Source: Thermoplasmata archaeon (GTDB lineage: Archaea > Thermoplasmatota > Thermoplasmata > RBG-16-68-12 > EA-27). From it: a stretch of DNA of 44,286 bases. The stretch is from NCBI GenBank assembly GCA_035283165.1, contig DATEUK010000009.1, forward strand, positions 1 to 44,286. The letters are read 5' to 3'. The translations under genes and the position numbers were made by a program. Positions 39,339 through 44,286 of this stretch are shown here, piece after piece; within the stretch, counting starts at the first letter, position 1; each line of letters opens with the position of its first letter. A model generated the notes under the pieces. That model ran no database searches and had not been told where the DNA came from. It saw only the letters and a list, made by a program, of their open reading frames with translations.

Positions 39339-39377
39339 CGAGAGAGTCGGCTACGGCGCGTCGCAGAAGGGATAGGG

Positions 39378-42300
39378 ATGGGACCCCTCCGAGGCCTGTT
39401 CAATCGTGAGAGCCGGCTCCTCGCCCGGGCCCGGCGGCTCGAGGACCACGCCCGCGAGCTGTATAGCCGATCCCCCGACGAGCGGGCGGCGGTCCAGTTC
39501 CTCCGGACTCTCGAGTACCTGGAGCAGACGGCGGGGTCGATCGCGCGATTCCGCGGGGAATACGCGACGTCGTTCGCCCTCGTGGGTTCGGCCCTGTACC
39601 ATCTCGGCCACGTCGCGGAATCCGAACGCGCGATGACGGCCTCCCTGCAATTCCAACCCACGAACCCCGATGCCCTCAACGGGTTCGGCCTCATCCTCGC
39701 GGGTCGCGGCGAAGCGGACCGTGCGCTCGCGTGTTTCGACCAGGCCCTTCGCGAGGAGCCCGCGCGCACGGACGTCTGGGGGAACCGGGGGGACGTGCTG
39801 CACGCGATCGGGCGGACGGACGAGGCGGTCGGGAGCTGGGCCCGCGTCCTCGCCCTCGACGGGCGCGACGTGGAGACGTACGAGAGGATCCTGCGCGTCC
39901 GACCCGCGGACGCGGACCTCTGGCTCCGGAAGGCGGACGCGCTCCGGGCGATGGATCGACTCGAGGAGGCGCTCGCCGCCTACGACCGTGTCGTCGGGAT
40001 CGACCCCAGCAACACCGCGGGTTGGCGGGGCCGGGCGGACGTGCTCCTCCGATCCCGCCAAGTGGACCGGGCGTTGCCGGCCATCGAGAAGGCGCTGGAG
40101 GTCGACGACCGGGACTCGTCCCTCTGGCGGGAGCGCGGCGCGATCTACCGGGCGATGGGGCGAACGCCCGACGCGCTCGCCTCGTACGAGGCCGCGATCG
40201 AGCGGAACCCCGAGGATGCGGACGCGTGGCGGGAGAAGGCCGCGATCCTCGCGGACGATCGGAAGTACGACGTGGCGGTGGAGGCCTTCGGCACCGTCCT
40301 CAAGCTCCTGCCCTCCGACCCGGTGGCGCTGCGAGGGCGAAAGAAGTCCCTCCTCGACCTGGCGGACTGGCCGCGGGCGATCGGCGCGTGCGACGCCCTG
40401 CTGGCGGCGGAGCCCGAGGACCTCGACACCCTGCGGGACCGTGGCAGCATCCTCGTGCGCCTCGAGCGGAAGGCGGAGGCCGTGGACGCGTGGGACGCCG
40501 TCCTCGCGAAGGCGCCTGCGGACGTGGCGGCACTCCAGGCGAAGTCCATCCTCCTGAAGGACCTCGGGAGGTGGGCGGACCTGAACGCGACGGGCGACGC
40601 GATCCTCCGGCTCGCCAAGCACGACGCCCGCGCACTCAAGGACAAGGGGCTCGCGTTCCGCATGACGGGAGACCCGGACCGCGGGCTGAAGGCGTTCGAG
40701 GCCGCGCTCGCCCTCGACGCGGAGGACCTCGAGGCGCTCCGCGGGAAGCGCGACTGCCTGAAGGGGAAGGGCCACCCAAAGCAAGTCGTGCGCGTGACCC
40801 ACGAGATCCTCGCCTTGGACCCCGCGGACCTCTCGTCGTGGCTCGACCACGCCACCGGCCTGGAATCCCTCAGCGAATGGACGGAGGCGCTCGCGGCGTA
40901 CGACCGCGCCGTCACGTTGTCCCCGACGGACGCGTACGCGTGGTACCGCCGCGGGGACGTGCTGGTCCGCCTCGCGCGCTTCGCCGACGCGATCCCCTCC
41001 TACCGCCACGCGATCCGGGCGAACCCCGGGGATGCGGCGGCGTGGTACGGCCTCGGCACCGCGCTCGGACAGACCGGGATGTTCGCGGAGGCGGTGGATG
41101 CGTACGAGGCGTGCCTCGGGCTCGCCCCCGGGGACCGGCGCGCCTGGTTCGGCAAAGGGCTTGCGCTCGAGGGGGCGAAGCGGTACGAGGAGGCCGTGAC
41201 GGCGTACGACCGCGCGATCCAGATCGACGCGCGGGACGCCTGCGTGTGGTTCTCCCGCGGCGCCGCGCTCGCGTGGCTCGGGCGGCACGAGGAGGCCGTG
41301 GACGCCTTCGACCGGGCGGTCGGGCTGGACCCCGGCAACGCCGTCTACGCGGTCCGCAAAGGGGAGACCCTCCTCAAGGTGGGCCGCCATGAGGAGGCGC
41401 TGCTCGTGTTCGACGGCGCGCTGCGGGACCACCCCGCGGACTTCGGAGCGCTCGACGGGCGGAAGCAGGCGCTCGAGCTCCTCCGGCGGGCGGACGAGGC
41501 GTATGCGGTCACCGGCGAGATCGTGGCGGTGCACGCGCACGACGCGGCGGCGTGGAGGGAACGCGCCCGCCTCGGACTCGCGACGGGGAAGGCGAAGGAG
41601 GCCCTGGCCGCGATCAACAAGGCGATCCACCTCGACGCGGGCAACCGGGACCTCCTGAGGGAGAAGCGTGCGATCCTGGGGACGCTGAAGGACTTCGCGG
41701 GCATCGCCGACGTATGCGACGCGATCCTCGCGCTCGACCCGGAGGACGCGGAGGCGCACCGGGAGAAAGCGTTCGCGCTGGAGTCCGCGGGCGACATGGA
41801 CGAGGCCGTGGAGGCGTTCGACGCCGCGATCGCGATCGACCCGATGGACCGCGCGTCGTGGAACGCGAAGGGCCTCGGTCTGTTCCGCGCGAAGCGGTTC
41901 CCGGAGGCCCTCGAGTGCTTCGACCGCGTCCTGAACCTGAACCCGGGGGACCGCACGGCGATCGCGACGAAGGGGCGCGCGCTCCAGGCGCTGGGGCGCC
42001 ACGCGGCGTCGCTCCGCGTGTTCGACGACGGCCTCCTCCTCGACGGCAGGAACCCGGCGTTCCTCGACGGGAAGGCGGTCTCGCTCCTCGCCCTCGACAA
42101 GACGAGGGAGGCGCTCGCGTGCGCGGACGTCGTCCTCGAGGCGCAGCCGAAGGACCCCGTCGCGCTCCGCGTGAAGGCGTCCGTGCTCCTGCGGGAGGGC
42201 CGCGCGGCGGACGCGCTCCCGCTCGTGGAGTCCGCGCTCGTCGTCGATCCCGGCACCGCGGCCCTGTGGACCCTCAAGGGCGACGCCCTCCAGGGGATGG

Positions 42301-43559
42301 ACCGGAGCGCGGAGGCGCTCGAGGCGTTCACCCGGGCCGTCTCCCTCGATCCCCGGGACGCGGACGGCTGGCGCGCGAAGGGGCTCGCCCACGTGAGGGG
42401 GGAGCAGTTCCCCGAGGCCGCCGACGCGTACGAGCGCGCGCTGCAGATCCACCCGGACGACCGGGGCCTCTGGTCCCTGAAGGCGTTTGCCCTCGAGCGC
42501 GCGGGGCAGCTCGAGCCGGCGGTGGCGGCGTACGACCGAGCGATCGCCCTCGACCCCGTGGACAAGGCGTCGTGGTCGTCCAAGGGCCTCGTCCTCACGC
42601 ACATGAGACGGTTCGACGACGCCCTCCGGTGCTTCGACTACGCGCTCAAGCTCGATGCCGCGTACGACGTTGCGGTCCAGGGACGGAAGGCCGCGGAGGC
42701 GGGACGACGCCGCCAGACGATCGAGGACCAGGCGCGACGCATCGTGGAGTGGGAGCGCGCGAACGGGCGCACGGCGGGCCGCGAGGAGGCGTTCCGGGAG
42801 GCCGGCGTGCCGTTCTCGATCCTCGACGACGTGCTCGCGTACCTGGGGGAGCCGCCGAAGGTGCTCCCTGCGGACCTTCCCCCGGAGAAGCTGCACCGCT
42901 TCGAGGCCGCCTCGTCCGTCGTGCTCAAGCTCGTCGATGACCCGAAGGGTGTGGACCGGTTCCGCGTGGCGGTGAGCGCCCCCGGCGCGGACGCCTCCGA
43001 GGTCCGGGAGCTGTGGGGGTACATCCAGAACGTCGCCGCCGCGGACGTGGACGCCGAGCCGGACGCGCACTTGGACGCCCTCCTCCGCCTTGCGCTCGAC
43101 CTGCCCAAGGAGGAGTGGGACCTCGTGCACCTCGCGCGCGAGCTGAACCTCGGGATCTGGGAGGCGAAGCGCCTCGAGACGTCGCTCAAGATCTTCCAGG
43201 GCGGCGCGTACCGGGTCACGACGAAGCCCGCGCCGCAGATCGCGACGTCCGCGCACTCGACGCCGCCCGTTCCGAAGGCCGTCCCACCGCCAAGGAGCGC
43301 GCAGGAGGTGCGCGAGCCCCATCCGTGCGGCCCGCACGAGGCGAAGGGGGTCTCGCGCCACGCATGCGGGGCATGGCTGTGCTCCGCGTGCCTCGACGAA
43401 CAGGCGTGTCCGCATTGCCGCAAGGCACTTCACCTCCCGAAGCCGCCGGAGGACGAGGAGGAGGAACCGTCGGTCCCCTTGCCGCCCCCTCCCCCGGACG
43501 ACGAGGAGAGGCCCGCGCGGCGGCGGGACGACGACAACCGGGACTTCACGCGGCTGTGA
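39378..43559 (+). CDS. giant TPR-repeat protein (about 30 TPRs) with non-TPR C-terminal region, Cys/His zinc-binding cluster and acidic/Pro-rich tail
   Basis: 1393-aa ORF with clear TPR consensus through most of its length (for example AWYGLGTALGQTGMFAEAVDAYEACLGLAPGD, RAWFGKGLALEGAKRYEEAVTAYDRAIQIDARD). The antisense 1360-aa ORF is rejected (see noticed_but_rejected). Confidence 0.9.
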   Translation: MGPLRGLFNRESRLLARARRLEDHARELYSRSPDERAAVQFLRTLEYLEQTAGSIARFRGEYATSFALVGSALYHLGHVAESERAMTASLQFQPTNPDALNGFGLILAGRGEADRALACFDQALREEPARTDVWGNRGDVLHAIGRTDEAVGSWARVLALDGRDVETYERILRVRPADADLWLRKADALRAMDRLEEALAAYDRVVGIDPSNTAGWRGRADVLLRSRQVDRALPAIEKALEVDDRDSSLWRERGAIYRAMGRTPDALASYEAAIERNPEDADAWREKAAILADDRKYDVAVEAFGTVLKLLPSDPVALRGRKKSLLDLADWPRAIGACDALLAAEPEDLDTLRDRGSILVRLERKAEAVDAWDAVLAKAPADVAALQAKSILLKDLGRWADLNATGDAILRLAKHDARALKDKGLAFRMTGDPDRGLKAFEAALALDAEDLEALRGKRDCLKGKGHPKQVVRVTHEILALDPADLSSWLDHATGLESLSEWTEALAAYDRAVTLSPTDAYAWYRRGDVLVRLARFADAIPSYRHAIRANPGDAAAWYGLGTALGQTGMFAEAVDAYEACLGLAPGDRRAWFGKGLALEGAKRYEEAVTAYDRAIQIDARDACVWFSRGAALAWLGRHEEAVDAFDRAVGLDPGNAVYAVRKGETLLKVGRHEEALLVFDGALRDHPADFGALDGRKQALELLRRADEAYAVTGEIVAVHAHDAAAWRERARLGLATGKAKEALAAINKAIHLDAGNRDLLREKRAILGTLKDFAGIADVCDAILALDPEDAEAHREKAFALESAGDMDEAVEAFDAAIAIDPMDRASWNAKGLGLFRAKRFPEALECFDRVLNLNPGDRTAIATKGRALQALGRHAASLRVFDDGLLLDGRNPAFLDGKAVSLLALDKTREALACADVVLEAQPKDPVALRVKASVLLREGRAADALPLVESALVVDPGTAALWTLKGDALQGMDRSAEALEAFTRAVSLDPRDADGWRAKGLAHVRGEQFPEAADAYERALQIHPDDRGLWSLKAFALERAGQLEPAVAAYDRAIALDPVDKASWSSKGLVLTHMRRFDDALRCFDYALKLDAAYDVAVQGRKAAEAGRRRQTIEDQARRIVEWERANGRTAGREEAFREAGVPFSILDDVLAYLGEPPKVLPADLPPEKLHRFEAASSVVLKLVDDPKGVDRFRVAVSAPGADASEVRELWGYIQNVAAADVDAEPDAHLDALLRLALDLPKEEWDLVHLARELNLGIWEAKRLETSLKIFQGGAYRVTTKPAPQIATSAHSTPPVPKAVPPPRSAQEVREPHPCGPHEAKGVSRHACGAWLCSACLDEQACPHCRKALHLPKPPEDEEEEPSVPLPPPPPDDEERPARRRDDDNRDFTRL
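39571..42665 (+). repeat. uninterrupted array of about 30 coding 34-residue TPR units
   Basis: The 102-nt periodicity of W/Y-x2-[KR]-G-x-[AV]-L-x3-G-R-x-x-E-A-[LV]-x-[AC]-[FY]-D-x-[AV]-[LI]-x-[LI]-[DN]-P runs from SFALVGSALYHLG to FDDALRCFDYALKLD. Confidence 0.8.
43326..43418 (+). other. Cys/His cluster C-x2-H-x7-H-x-C-x4-C-x2-C-x5-C-x2-C (predicted zinc-binding module)
   Basis: CGPHEAKGVSRHACGAWLCSACLDEQACPHC, read directly from the 39378 frame. Confidence 0.6.
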
Positions 43560-43574
43560 TTGCCGCCGACGACG

Positions 43575-44021
43575 CTACCGTTCCACGACGCGGAAGCCGA
43601 CGCCCACCATCGCATCGAGATCGGAGTCGTGAACGAGGAGATACACCGTGTATCCTCGCGCGGCCCCGCACACGGCGAGCACGGCCTCGGCAAAAACCTC
43701 AACGTCGACGTCGAGAACTGTGATCCCCAACCGTTCGAAATGGGCGACGATGACCGCGCGCTCCTCTTCAAAATCCCGAAGGTGCGACCAAGAATCGTTT
43801 CCGTGGGACTCCCACCAGTCGAGCTCCCACGGCGTCCACCTGCACTGGACGGGGTCGGTCGCGACCCACGTCGCATCCACGGGGCGGTTGGGCTCGTCCG
43901 GGACTATGGAGAGGCGATCCGAAGAAAACCTCGCCGAGCCCGCGAAGGTAACGACGATGACCACGCCCGTCAGAAGGGCCACGATCCCGACTCGGGCCGC
44001 GCTTCGTAGCCACGCCATCAT
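43575..44021 (-). CDS. hypothetical membrane-anchored/secreted protein
   Basis: 148 aa. N-terminal anchor ARVGIVALLTGVVIVVTFAG. Trp-rich ectodomain (CRWTPWELDWWESHGNDSW). The ATG at 44021 is 26.5 nt from the minus-strand TATA-like CCTTATC. Confidence 0.55.
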   Translation of the reverse strand: MMAWLRSAARVGIVALLTGVVIVVTFAGSARFSSDRLSIVPDEPNRPVDATWVATDPVQCRWTPWELDWWESHGNDSWSHLRDFEEERAVIVAHFERLGITVLDVDVEVFAEAVLAVCGAARGYTVYLLVHDSDLDAMVGVGFRVVER

Positions 44022-44043
44022 CCGGTGAAGGCAATCCGGACCC

Positions 44044-44050
44044 GATAAGG
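44044..44050 (-). promoter_or_regulatory. TATA-like CCTTATC (minus strand)
   Basis: The centre is 26.5 nt upstream of ATG 44021. Confidence 0.4.
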
Positions 44051-44096
44051 ATTCCGACTTAGTTAGGGCCCCGCCTCATCCGATGCGTGCCCGGTC

Positions 44097-44286
44097 TCAC
44101 GCGACGTCGAAGACCCACTTGTCCCGCTCGCGGAGCATCGTCCGCAGGATCGGGACGGACTCGCCCGGCTTCATGCTGAGGAAGAACCGCCCGACGTGCT
44201 TGCAGAACAGTTTCGCCCTCGCGCGGCTCGCGGTCCAGTCCGTGCAGTCGTGGTAGATCGTCATGTTCATCAGGTCCAGGGACACC
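44097..44286 (-). CDS. hypothetical protein, probably 5'-truncated by the window edge
   Basis: The open frame runs to the window end (…TIYHDCTDWTASRARAKLFCKHVGRFFLSMKPGESVPILRTMLRERDKWVFDVA, stop at 44097-44099). No family recognised. Confidence 0.35.
   Translation of the reverse strand, partial: VSLDLMNMTIYHDCTDWTASRARAKLFCKHVGRFFLSMKPGESVPILRTMLRERDKWVFDVA

Noticed and set aside
39351-43433. 1360-aa uninterrupted ORF antisense to the giant TPR gene
   Set aside because: It is in exact codon register with the plus-strand gene. Its openness therefore only requires that the sense gene never uses TTA, CTA or TCA codons, which is expected at this G+C. Its translation is Arg/Val/Gly/Pro-rich with no domain signal, whereas the plus strand shows an unmistakable TPR consensus.
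1-44286. Search for mobile elements, integrases, CRISPR-Cas, restriction-modification, toxin-antitoxin or other classical defence genes (including near the two tRNAs)
   Set aside because: None recognised on either strand. The unusual content of the window is signalling and surface-protein related rather than a canonical defence or mobile island.

Overview
This is a high-GC (roughly two-thirds G+C by eye), densely packed chromosomal segment that looks archaeal. Supporting evidence: archaeal-type PurP, DtdA, ArcS and Hpt; a tRNA with a canonical bulge-helix-bulge intron; and TATA boxes centred about 26 nt upstream of many start codons, which implies leaderless mRNAs. The proteins are Arg-rich rather than strongly acidic, so I infer an uncultured Thermoplasmatota-like lineage rather than a haloarchaeon.

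I can support about 38 protein genes and 2 tRNAs: tRNA-Gln(CTG) with an intron, and tRNA-Gly(TCC).

Housekeeping content:
- an ABC-F ATPase (5' partial)
- a MarR/ABC-ATPase/FtsX-permease operon
- FAD-dependent glycerol-3-P dehydrogenase
- an AlkZ/YcaQ-like glycosylase
- PurP
- a DtdA-KptA pair
- aspartase
- a UDG-NUDIX/PolX repair cluster
- an MTAP-MtaD-Hpt salvage operon
- ArcS

Unusual content:
1. An 1804-aa surface protein with a Gly-rich beta-helix, tandem Ig/FN3-like modules, one TM helix and a cytoplasmic alpha/beta domain.
2. A two-domain KaiC-like ATPase followed by tandem paralogous wHTH regulators.
3. Two stand-alone DUF835 proteins next to a wHTH-NB-ARC(STAND)-TPR protein.
4. A secreted 7-repeat Cys-stapled propeller-like protein.
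5. A 1393-aa protein with about 30 TPR repeats ending in a RING-like Cys/His cluster.

I saw no rRNA, CRISPR array, transposase or integrase, and no recognisable restriction, toxin-antitoxin or other classical defence genes. All family assignments come from motif recognition by eye; no searches were run.
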